Origin: a virus
Virus record (IMG/VR): IMGVR_UViG_3300033412_000025
DNA: 46,631 bases
Reading direction: 5' to 3' (one strand)
Shown: in pieces, positions 32,525 through 39,540 of the stretch
Position numbering within the stretch: position 1 is the first letter of the stretch
Layout of the letters: each line of letters opens with the position of its first letter
Position numbers and translations under genes: made by a program
The notes under the pieces: generated by a model
The model's database searches: none
The model's input: only the letters and a program-made list of their open reading frames with translations
Told to the model about the DNA's origin: nothing

Positions 32525-32772
32525 GGCAGCGCCCCCTGTGCCCATGCCGTGTAGGCGACGAAAGCGCCCAGCATCAGGGCAACGCCGGTCCAGTAGGCCA
32601 GCGCATCCCATGCCTTGCGGGGCTTGGGTGCGGCGGGGCGGATGATGGCGGTGCCGATGGCGTCTTCGAACGTGCGGTCGTTGACGGCGGCGATGTGGGC
32701 GAGCCGTTCGGCCTCGGCCTTTTCGGCGCGCTCGTCCGCTTCGTCCATGAGGTCGGCAACACGAATGGTCAT
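32521..32772 (-). CDS. Hypothetical protein with a C-terminal transmembrane segment (83 aa)
   Basis: Starts MTIRVADLMDE; transmembrane segment WTGVALMLGAFVAYTAW. TGATG coupling. Confidence 0.55.
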   Translation of the reverse strand: MTIRVADLMDEADERAEKAEAERLAHIAAVNDRTFEDAIGTAIIRPAAPKPRKAWDALAYWTGVALMLGAFVAYTAWAQGALP

Positions 32773-33032
32773 CACAGCCGCCCCGCGTCTTGCAGGCGGG
32801 CATCGGCCTGCGCCTGATTGATGGCGATGGCCTGTGCGTCGGCGGGTTCGGGCTCGACGCTGTGGAATTCGTCCCATGCTTCCTTCATGGCCTCGGCAAG
32901 GCGAAGGTCCATGAAGATGGAAATGCGGTTGCCTTTAGCATCCGTGAAGGAAAGCGTCCCGCGCGGTTCCATGCCGCTAAGGCCGTTGGCCTCGCACACG
33001 GACACGTCATGGAAGTGGGTCATCGTGGTCAT
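32772..33032 (-). CDS. Hypothetical protein (86 aa)
   Basis: GAGGA before ATG 33032; starts MTTMTHFHDVSVCE. Confidence 0.55.
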   Translation of the reverse strand: MTTMTHFHDVSVCEANGLSGMEPRGTLSFTDAKGNRISIFMDLRLAEAMKEAWDEFHSVEPEPADAQAIAINQAQADARLQDAGRL

Positions 33033-33058
33033 TGCATCATTCCTCGGGTTGAAGAGGT

Positions 33059-33096
33059 GTCCCCGGCGATGAAGCTGCCTGTTCACCGCCGGGGAC
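33059..33096. repeat. Perfect 10-bp GC-rich inverted repeat GTCCCCGGCG-N18-CGCCGGGGAC in an intra-operon gap
   Basis: Read directly. A second 8-bp inverted repeat CCGCGCGC...GCGCGCGG lies at 33100-33144. Confidence 0.6.
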
Positions 33097-33152
33097 GGGC
33101 CGCGCGCTTGCACCGTTGTGATGGGGAGACAGGCGGGCGCGCGGATGGGTGT

Positions 33153-33422
33153 TCACGGAAGCGGCCTCCCTTGCCGTTCGCGCCAAGCGCGATAGTCCGG
33201 GTCGTCAATGGTTTCGTGCGGCGGCTCCGGGTCATCCACGTCGGGCGGGTCCGGGTCGTCCGGCGGGTCCGGGTTCACATGCGGCGGGCGCTCGGCCACG
33301 GTGCGGTCATTGGTGCCCCGTTCGCAGGACAGAAACGGGACGTGCCCGCTTTCGTCCTGACAGGGCGGGACGTATTGCCCGCAGGCGGCAAGGATCAGGG
33401 GAAGGGCAAGAAGGGGGCGCAT
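33153..33422 (-). CDS. Pro/Asp-rich lipoprotein (89 aa)
   Basis: Signal MRPLLALPLILAA-C (lipobox LAAC). TGATG coupling. Confidence 0.6.
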   Translation of the reverse strand: MRPLLALPLILAACGQYVPPCQDESGHVPFLSCERGTNDRTVAERPPHVNPDPPDDPDPPDVDDPEPPHETIDDPDYRAWRERQGRPLP

Positions 33423-33709
33423 CAGTGTGCCGCCTCCCAGCGCGCGTCTTCCTGACGGTCGCGCCACTCGTCGGGGTCGAAGGCGTCCGGCGGTTCAAGC
33501 CCGTCGCGGACCCGTTCCTCCATCGCCTCGACCGCCGCCTTGCCGATCATGTCGATCAGCATGGTGCGGTTGACCTTCAACTTGCCGATGGTCAGGCGGT
33601 AGAATTCAACCGCCCATTCGTCGCAGTCCCATTCGCAGTCGAAGTCGGCATCGGTCTCAAAGGTGTTCCCCTCCAGTTCGATGCTGATGTCATGGCTTTG
33701 CAGGCTCAT
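33422..33709 (-). CDS. Hypothetical acidic protein (95 aa), first gene of the leftward early operon
   Basis: GGGAGA before ATG 33709. Confidence 0.55.
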   Translation of the reverse strand: MSLQSHDISIELEGNTFETDADFDCEWDCDEWAVEFYRLTIGKLKVNRTMLIDMIGKAAVEAMEERVRDGLEPPDAFDPDEWRDRQEDARWEAAH

Positions 33710-33785
33710 ATGCAGTCTCCCGAATTGATCTGCGTCAGGGCTCTGCACGTTGGCGTTGTGCTATCTGACGATCATCTTGGGAACG

Positions 33786-33814
33786 ACTATGCACTAGGTG
33801 AATTTGCACGTCAA
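33786..33814 (-). promoter_or_regulatory. Leftward early promoter (PL analogue): -35 TTGACG, 17-nt spacer, -10 CATAGT
   Basis: Minus-strand reading: TTGACG (33809-33814), 17 nt, CATAGT (33786-33791). Overlapped by an operator-like site. Confidence 0.55.
33789..33803. promoter_or_regulatory. Operator-like site OL1, ATGCAC-TAG-GTGAAT (one mismatch to the OR palindrome)
   Basis: Shares the ATTCAC-N3-GTGAAT architecture with 34384-34398. Confidence 0.5.
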
Positions 33815-33821
33815 CGGAAAA

Positions 33822-33836
33822 ATACATGTGGTGAAT
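33822..33836. promoter_or_regulatory. Weaker operator-like site OL2, ATACAT-GTG-GTGAAT
   Basis: GGTGAATTTG is directly repeated at 33798 and 33830; the left half-site matches 4/6. Confidence 0.35.
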
Positions 33837-34027
33837 TTGTGTCCGAGGCGCTAGAACCTTGTGCAGGGAAACGGACTGGGAGACGGCATCGAAGCGGGCG
33901 ACTTCACAGAATCGCCGGGTTCATGCTATGTTCTATCTTTGAAGCCGGGGAACTCGAATGCCGCAAGACTTCGCGCGCGGGCTGGCAACGCTGACAGACG
34001 CGCAACTACTGGTTTTTCTTCGCTTGA

Positions 34028-34363
34028 TTACGTCCGGGATGCCGTCGCAAGGGCTTCGGCCCATGCTTTCTGCGCATCAGGGGGAAGCCGACGAAAGGCC
34101 CGCACAAGCTGTGCTTCAAGGGCAGATCGGTCGTCCGCGAATATCTCAGCCAAGCTGACGCCCAGCGCGTCGGCACACTTCTTGTAGGTCTCCAGGCGCG
34201 CCGTGACGTGGCCCTGTTCGGCCCGCGTAATCGTCGGCTGTGACACCCCTACCATCTCAGCCAATTCGGCCTGCGTAAGGCCGCGTTCTTCTCTGAGCCG
34301 TGCAAGGTTCATACCCGCAAAGTAAGCGATTGCCGGGTCCGCTCGCAAATCCACCGGATGCAT
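34028..34363 (-). CDS. CI-like XRE-family repressor without a peptidase domain (111 aa from ATG 34363; alternative start 34312)
   Basis: HTH motif LTQAELAEMVGVSQPTITRAEQG. Divergent from the cro-like gene. Confidence 0.75.
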   Translation of the reverse strand: MHPVDLRADPAIAYFAGMNLARLREERGLTQAELAEMVGVSQPTITRAEQGHVTARLETYKKCADALGVSLAEIFADDRSALEAQLVRAFRRLPPDAQKAWAEALATASRT

Positions 34364-34372
34364 AGCTGGCGC

Positions 34373-34401
34373 TTGACCTCTCAATTCACTTAGTGAATAA
34401 T
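34373..34401 (+). promoter_or_regulatory. Rightward early promoter (PR analogue): -35 TTGACC, 17-nt spacer, -10 AATAAT
   Basis: TTGACC 34373-34378 and AATAAT 34396-34401. The ATG at 34408 lies at the expected transcription start, implying a leaderless mRNA. Confidence 0.6.
34384..34398. promoter_or_regulatory. Operator OR: perfect palindrome ATTCAC-TTA-GTGAAT inside PR
   Basis: Read directly. Overlaps the spacer and -10 element of the predicted PR. Confidence 0.7.
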
Positions 34402-34407
34402 GGGCGC

Positions 34408-34641
34408 ATGATGACACTGTGCGAATACCTTTCTTCACGCGGGATGCGTCAGGACGAGTTTGCGCGGGCGCTCGGCGTCAGCCAGCCGACCATTTCGCGC
34501 TTGGCGACCAAGAAGGGGGCAAGGAACAACCCGTCCCTTGATTTGGCCGCGAAGATTGAACAAGCGACCGGCGGCGCGGTTCCCGTCACGATCTGGCCCC
34601 CGTTCAAATATTTCGCGGAACGGGCCGAGGCGGCTGAATGA
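34408..34641 (+). CDS. Cro-like HTH regulator (77 aa)
   Basis: HTH motif MRQDEFARALGVSQPTISRL. Divergent from the repressor gene. Confidence 0.75.
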   Translation: MMTLCEYLSSRGMRQDEFARALGVSQPTISRLATKKGARNNPSLDLAAKIEQATGGAVPVTIWPPFKYFAERAEAAE

Positions 34642-34846
34642 TGGGGGCGCAGGCAATCTCTATTTCCAATGGCGTAACGTTGACGCCCGATGGCTTGCCT
34701 GTTGCCACCCAAAGTGGGGCTTCCACTTCGTTCCGTCAACTTGGCGAAAAGTGCAAGCAGCGCACCGAACCGCTGAACGCACCGTTTCCCATCCCGGACC
34801 AGCGCGGGGCCTCGCTGGTAGGCTCGATCTACCTCCCTGGACTTAA

Positions 34847-34876
34847 CCCCGGCGCTTCACGGCGTCGGGGCTTTTC
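34847..34876 (+). terminator. Rho-independent terminator 1 downstream of cro
   Basis: 8-bp stem CCCCGGCG/CGTCGGGG (one G-U pair), 8-nt loop, then CTTTTCC. Confidence 0.55.
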
Positions 34877-34889
34877 CATTCAGGCCGCG

Positions 34890-34912
34890 CGCGCTTCGGC
34901 GCGTTTGCTTTC
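34890..34912 (+). terminator. Rho-independent terminator 2 (tandem)
   Basis: Stem CGCGC/GCGCG with a UUCG tetraloop, then TTTGCTTTC. Confidence 0.5.
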
Positions 34913-35020
34913 AGGCGACCGGGGGTGCCGTCTGCGGCCCGTTAAGCACCCCACCCACCGCGCAAGCGAGCCGGGGGGCCTTTGCCCTTTGGGCCTTCCG
35001 GTGCTTGCGGGGGTGCGCCC

Positions 35021-35221
35021 ATGACCGAGCCCGCGCCCCGCAAACGGCGGTCCAAGGCCCAGTTCCCGTGGGCCACGATGCAAGTGGGCGAAACCTTCTT
35101 TGTTCCGAACAAGCCGTCAAACCGCCTAGGCGGCGCAATCAAGGCCGAAGGTCAGCGGTGGGGGCGGTCGTTCACCGCGCGCGGCGTCGATGGCGGCGCA
35201 CAGGTCACAAGGATCAAGTGA
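35021..35221 (+). CDS. Hypothetical basic protein (66 aa)
   Basis: Starts MTEPAPRKRRSKAQFPWATMQVGETFFVP. First ORF after the terminators. Confidence 0.55.
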   Translation: MTEPAPRKRRSKAQFPWATMQVGETFFVPNKPSNRLGGAIKAEGQRWGRSFTARGVDGGAQVTRIK

Positions 35222-35574
35222 TGCGGGACGCGCTTGTGGATTGCCTTATGGCGGCGGGGGCGGGCTTGGTGGCAGGCGGTCTGGTCCTGCTGGTCAGCAG
35301 CCACTCCGCAAAGGCGCATTCCTTCTACGATCCGAAGTGTTGCAGCGGGACCGACTGCGCGCCCGTGTCGGAAGTGAACCTGAAGCCCGTAAAGGGCGGC
35401 TGGCGTCTGCACATCGCCCCCGGCGAACACCCGACCGTCAAGCAGGTGATCGACGTTCTGATCCCCTACGGCGACCCGAAAATCCACCCGTCGCCGGACG
35501 GTCAGCCCCACGCCTGCGTAGGCCCGAACACGCAGGTCATCTTCTGCATCTATGTGCCGGACTTCGGATCATGA
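35221..35574 (+). CDS. Exported Cys-containing protein (117 aa)
   Basis: Signal/transmembrane segment LMAAGAGLVAGGLVLLVSS...AKA-HSFYDPKCCSGTDCAP. TGATG coupling. Confidence 0.6.
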   Translation: MRDALVDCLMAAGAGLVAGGLVLLVSSHSAKAHSFYDPKCCSGTDCAPVSEVNLKPVKGGWRLHIAPGEHPTVKQVIDVLIPYGDPKIHPSPDGQPHACVGPNTQVIFCIYVPDFGS

Positions 35575-36164
35575 GCGTGCCCACAATCCTCGGCGTGTCC
35601 TTCGCAATGGCGGACGGCAAGCGCGTCCAGCGGATGCAATGCGTCTCCTGTCCTGAATTTTATGACACGTCGATCAAGGGCCAGCCCTTCCCGGAAGACG
35701 CGATTTTCCGGTTTGCGCGGAACCACGGCTGGCTTCCCGCAAGGAACGGCAAGCACGTCTGCCCCAAGTGCCAGGAGAAGAAAGCTATGCCCAGCGACAC
35801 GCCGCGCGAAATGACCCCCGCCGACAAGCGGGCGATCTTCCGCGAGATTGATGGCTGCTACGACGAAAAGCGCGGGCGGTATGTGGACGATTGGACCGAT
35901 CAGGCCATCGCCACCAAGCTGGCAATGCCGCGCAAGTGGGTGACGGACGTTCGGGAGGAGAACTTCGGCCCGTCCGGCGAAAACACCGAACTTGAGCGGG
36001 TCGTCACGCTTCTGTCGCGGATCGACGGGGATGTGCGGGCCGCGATTGACAAGTGCATGACCGCCGCCGCCGAGGCGGAAAAGCTGGGCGTCGAAGTCAC
36101 GGAAGCCAAGGAGCGCGTTGAGCAACTTCGCCGCGCCTTTGGCCCGCATCGGGTGACGGCATGA
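35571..36164 (+). CDS. Hypothetical protein with a CxxC...CxxC zinc-ribbon N-terminus and an HTH-like C-terminal half (197 aa)
   Basis: CVSCP...CPKC, and WTDQAIATKLAMPRKWVTDVRE. ATGA coupling. Confidence 0.6.
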   Translation: MSVPTILGVSFAMADGKRVQRMQCVSCPEFYDTSIKGQPFPEDAIFRFARNHGWLPARNGKHVCPKCQEKKAMPSDTPREMTPADKRAIFREIDGCYDEKRGRYVDDWTDQAIATKLAMPRKWVTDVREENFGPSGENTELERVVTLLSRIDGDVRAAIDKCMTAAAEAEKLGVEVTEAKERVEQLRRAFGPHRVTA

Positions 36165-36364
36165 CGCCCTACGAAAAGGTGCTTCGCGCCGAACGCCTTG
36201 CGGGCAAGCCGTGGGATGCGCTGGACGACATTCCGCTGATCCGGTTCGAGACGGAACTGGACGGCTTTCTGGCGGCGCTTTCCGAGCAAGGGCGGCTGAC
36301 GCCCGAAATACAGCAAGCCGCCGCACGTCGGCGCGCTGAAATCCAGACAAGGGGCAGGACATGA
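36161..36364 (+). CDS. Hypothetical protein (67 aa)
   Basis: ATGA coupling on both sides. Confidence 0.55.
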   Translation: MTPYEKVLRAERLAGKPWDALDDIPLIRFETELDGFLAALSEQGRLTPEIQQAAARRRAEIQTRGRT

Positions 36365-36561
36365 GGACGCTTATTTGGCGCATCTGGTGGCGTTTCTTCG
36401 GATGGCGGATCGTCACCAAGTCCGAGATTGACGAGGCGAAAGCGGCGCTTCGCGAATACCTGATTGCGGAAATCGCCCGCCGCCGCAAAGCGCACCAGCG
36501 CGTGTCCGACCTTCAGCGCCAGCTTGTCCGCGTCACCGCCGAACTGGCCGCGATGAAGTGA
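36361..36561 (+). CDS. Hypothetical protein with a Trp-rich hydrophobic N-terminus (66 aa)
   Basis: ATGA coupling; starts MRTLIWRIWWRFFGW. Confidence 0.5.
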   Translation: MRTLIWRIWWRFFGWRIVTKSEIDEAKAALREYLIAEIARRRKAHQRVSDLQRQLVRVTAELAAMK

Positions 36562-36569
36562 GGGCGGAT

Positions 36570-36911
36570 ATGACCGTCACCCTTCCGTGGTTCTATCCGA
36601 ACCTCTCCCCTAACGACCGCGCGCACTGGGCAGTGAAGGCCAAGAACTTCGCCGCCTACAAGAACGCTTGCGCTTGGGAAAGCCGCGCGCAGGGCATCGG
36701 CCCGTGGGTTCGCACTGGCCCTGTCCTCATCAGCATCACGTTCTGCCCGCCGGATCGCCGCCGCAGAGATTTGGACAACATGGTTTCCAGCAGCAAAGCG
36801 CTAGGCGACGGTCTCGCCCTTGCCCTTGGCGTCGATGACAGCCGCTTCGTCCCCACCTACCGCATGGGCGAACCACGCAAGGGCGGCGCCGTGCTGGTGG
36901 AGGTGGGATGA
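36570..36911 (+). CDS. rusA: RusA Holliday-junction resolvase (113 aa)
   Basis: TLPW...PN, and PDRRRRDLDN identical to the E. coli RusA catalytic block. Confidence 0.9.
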   Translation: MTVTLPWFYPNLSPNDRAHWAVKAKNFAAYKNACAWESRAQGIGPWVRTGPVLISITFCPPDRRRRDLDNMVSSSKALGDGLALALGVDDSRFVPTYRMGEPRKGGAVLVEVG

Positions 36912-37114
36912 TGCAGGACCGCCTCCGCTGTTGGCACCCCGGCTGCACCCGCTGGGTTCCCAAGACGACCCCGCGCAGCTTCTGCCAGCTTCACAAGCCG
37001 AAGCCCCTGCCGCCGCACGTCAAGCGCGTTGCCGTGCCCGCCCACTTTCCGGTCGCATCAAGCACCGAAACACCGATGGCTCATATCAGCCTGCCGCGCG
37101 CACCCTGGGAGTGA
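36908..37114 (+). CDS. Hypothetical Cys/His protein (68 aa)
   Basis: ATGA coupling; CWHPGC...CQLH pattern. Confidence 0.5.
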   Translation: MMQDRLRCWHPGCTRWVPKTTPRSFCQLHKPKPLPPHVKRVAVPAHFPVASSTETPMAHISLPRAPWE

Positions 37115-37120
37115 CACAGC

Positions 37121-37852
37121 ATGGGCCTCGCCTACTTTCCCATGTATCCCGCCGACTTTGAGGCCGACACGTCGCACCTGACGCTTGAGGAGGACGGGGC
37201 ATACAACCGCCTTCTGCGCCTCATGTGGATGACGCCGGGGTGTTCCCTTCCTGACGATGACGCATGGCTTGCGCGCCGCCTTCGCGTCTCTCCTGAGACG
37301 ATGGCGAAGGTGGTTCGCCCGCTTATCGGTGAGTTCATGCAGACGAAGAACGGGCGCGTATTCAGCGCACGTTTGCAGCGCGAATTCAAAAAGGCAGACG
37401 AAACCTCAACGGCCCGTTCGCGCGCCGGAAAACGCGGCGGTCGGCCAAAAGCTATTGAAAATAAACAGCAAGATGAAAAGCCGGGCTTTTCGGATGGTAA
37501 AGCCGGGCTTTCTGACACGCGCGCGTTACCAGAGCCAGAACCAGAAGATACACAAGCTATCGCTTGTGACGCTGACGCGTCGCCAGCGGCTTCGCCTTCG
37601 GAGGTTTTCACGAAGGAAGTCTTCGACCGCGCCGTTGCCTTCCTTGGCAAGAGTGGAACGCCGGAACGCCAAGCCCGGTCCCTCGTCGGGAAGTGGCGCA
37701 AGGAATTCCCTGAAAAAGAAATCTTCAACGCTTTTGCCGCCGCCGGTCGTGAGGGGGTGACCGACCCCGTGCCCTGGATAACCGCGCGGCTTGCCGCCCT
37801 TCGCCCCGCCCCGATCACGTTTGACATGTCCCAAATCGAGAACATGCAATGA
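37121..37852 (+). CDS. DUF1376 (YdaU-like) protein, replication-associated (243 aa)
   Basis: N-terminus YFPMYPADFEADTSHLTLEEDGAYNRLLRLMW is the DUF1376 signature. GGGAG ribosome-binding site. Confidence 0.75.
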   Translation: MGLAYFPMYPADFEADTSHLTLEEDGAYNRLLRLMWMTPGCSLPDDDAWLARRLRVSPETMAKVVRPLIGEFMQTKNGRVFSARLQREFKKADETSTARSRAGKRGGRPKAIENKQQDEKPGFSDGKAGLSDTRALPEPEPEDTQAIACDADASPAASPSEVFTKEVFDRAVAFLGKSGTPERQARSLVGKWRKEFPEKEIFNAFAAAGREGVTDPVPWITARLAALRPAPITFDMSQIENMQ

Positions 37853-38391
37853 CCCGGAACGAAGCAATCGCCGAAGAACTCCGCCGCTGGCTTGAGCGGT
37901 ATTCGCCGCCCCTGTCGCTCAGGGCAAACCCCCGCGCCATGCAGGACGAAACGACCGCGCTTCTGAAAATCCTCGTCCGCAAAGCCCCGAACGAAGGCTA
38001 CCTGCAATGGTGCCAAGACGTTTTCGAGGAATGCTCCAAGCTGATGAAGACGCGGGCTTGGCCCACGGTAAACGAACTCGGGTCGGCCTGTTCTGCGATG
38101 GCAAGGCGCGGCGGGAATATCCCGAATGCGCTTTGGGAAATGGACCCGCTTGCACTTGCGGCGCGCCGCATCAAGTCGGGCGAACCTGTCGGCGACGGAT
38201 ACATCTACGGCCACCTAGCGCATCAGCTTCTGACCGCCGGAATGGTCACGGAAGACGACCTGAAGCCCTACCGCTCGGGGCTTTTCTTCATGATGAAGGA
38301 CGCTTGGGGGCTGGAGGCGGCGCGCGAGAAGGAACTTGATCTTCAGCGCCGCCACGCCGCTGCGGCTGATTATGCGCAGGTGGCGGCATGA
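37849..38391 (+). CDS. Hypothetical protein (180 aa), replication-module position
   Basis: ATGA coupling on both sides; no motif recognised. Confidence 0.6.
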   Translation: MTRNEAIAEELRRWLERYSPPLSLRANPRAMQDETTALLKILVRKAPNEGYLQWCQDVFEECSKLMKTRAWPTVNELGSACSAMARRGGNIPNALWEMDPLALAARRIKSGEPVGDGYIYGHLAHQLLTAGMVTEDDLKPYRSGLFFMMKDAWGLEAAREKELDLQRRHAAAADYAQVAA

Positions 38392-38681
38392 CCCTTCTCG
38401 TCACGGACTACGGCATAGACGACAGCGGCTATCAGGCGGAAGCGGTCACAAACCTTCGCCTGATTGTCGCGGCAACCGCCACAAAGCACGGGGTCGAACC
38501 GAAGGACGTGTTCGGCCATTCCCGCCGCGCGCCGATAGCCCGCGCCCGTCAGGAGGTCATGTATCGCGCCCGCCTCATGGGTAAAAGCCTGACCGAAATC
38601 GGCAAGCTGCTCCGCCGCGACCACACGACCATCATGCACGGCATCGCCGCCCACATGAAGCGCGAGGGGATTAGCGCATGA
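38388..38681 (+). CDS. Stand-alone DnaA domain-IV-like HTH protein (97 aa)
   Basis: SRRAPIARARQEVMYRARLMGKSLTEIGKLLRRDHTTIMHGI matches the DnaA C-terminal pattern R..I...RQ.AMYL.R....S...IG...GRDHTTV.H. Confidence 0.75.
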   Translation: MTLLVTDYGIDDSGYQAEAVTNLRLIVAATATKHGVEPKDVFGHSRRAPIARARQEVMYRARLMGKSLTEIGKLLRRDHTTIMHGIAAHMKREGISA

Positions 38682-38893
38682 CCGCCCCCCTGAAACGCCC
38701 TGACGGCGCGTCAACCCTCATGCGCCGCCTGATGGTCAGCGCCGAGATCGCCGCTGAAGGCTGGTGGGAACACCCGCCGATGACGCCGGAGGCTATCAGC
38801 GCCTGCCTGCACGAAGCAGCCGCCGCCTATGACGCGGAATGCGGCATCGTCGGCCCTGTCGCGCATGTCCCGCTGAAAGGGGAAATCGGTTGA
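38678..38893 (+). CDS. Hypothetical protein (71 aa)
   Basis: ATGA coupling. Confidence 0.5.
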   Translation: MTAPLKRPDGASTLMRRLMVSAEIAAEGWWEHPPMTPEAISACLHEAAAAYDAECGIVGPVAHVPLKGEIG

Positions 38894-38898
38894 ACGCC

Positions 38899-39540
38899 AT
38901 GACCTACAGCATCGGCCAAGTGGTCCCCGTCACGCGGCGTCGCGGCATCCTTGGCGAGGAGTTGGACGCCCCCGTCTGGTATGCCCCCATCGTCAAGGCG
39001 CAAGACATGCGGGACTTCCGCGACGATATGCGGGCACTGGGGCAATTCGCGTTCTACCCCTCCATGCTCAACCGCCAGCGCATTCGTGGCAAGCTGATCG
39101 AAACCGAAAGGCCCATCGTCACCGGCCACGTCTACACCCGCTTCACCCGCCGCCCGAATTGGGACGTGATGAAGTTCGAGCGCCGCATGATCCTTGGCGC
39201 GTCCCATGTCAACGGCTGGCCCGTCGCCATCCACCCCGACACCATCCGCCACCTTCAGGGCATGACCGTCGCCGCCGAACGCCTGGAAGCCGCCAAGCGC
39301 GACATGATCCGCATTCGCGAAGGGGACCGGGTGCGCATCACCAAAGGCCCGCTGTCCGGCATGTCCGGCGACGTGGAACGCACTAGCGACGGCAGCGTAT
39401 GGCTTAACATGATCGAAGGTGGCATCATGGGAAAGAACCGCATCGAGGTCAGCAAGACCCTCGTTGTGCGCGAAGTCACCGACGAAGAACGCGCCGCGCT
39501 GATCGCAAAGGCGGCGGAGTTGGATATGGGAGAAGAATGA
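38899..39540 (+). CDS. NusG/RfaH-family transcription elongation factor paralogue (213 aa), candidate late-gene antiterminator
   Basis: NGN-like WYAPIVKAQ...FYPS...RPIVTGHVYTRF..W..M......G....V..G.P..I. KOW motif GDRVRITKGPLSGMSGDV. Confidence 0.65.
   Translation: MTYSIGQVVPVTRRRGILGEELDAPVWYAPIVKAQDMRDFRDDMRALGQFAFYPSMLNRQRIRGKLIETERPIVTGHVYTRFTRRPNWDVMKFERRMILGASHVNGWPVAIHPDTIRHLQGMTVAAERLEAAKRDMIRIREGDRVRITKGPLSGMSGDVERTSDGSVWLNMIEGGIMGKNRIEVSKTLVVREVTDEERAALIAKAAELDMGEE

Noticed and set aside
33861-34187. 108-aa and 66-aa plus-strand ORFs in and next to the repressor gene.
   Set aside because: They overlap the repressor antisense, have Arg/Ser/Ala-rich composition and no ribosome-binding site. 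33850-34027 was left as unexplained non-coding DNA.
34638-35024. 128-aa plus-strand ORF coupled by ATGA to the cro-like gene.
   Set aside because: It has mediocre third-position GC and no recognisable motif, and two intrinsic terminator hairpins lie inside it. I treated it as a non-coding leader, though translation of the first ~60 codons cannot be excluded.
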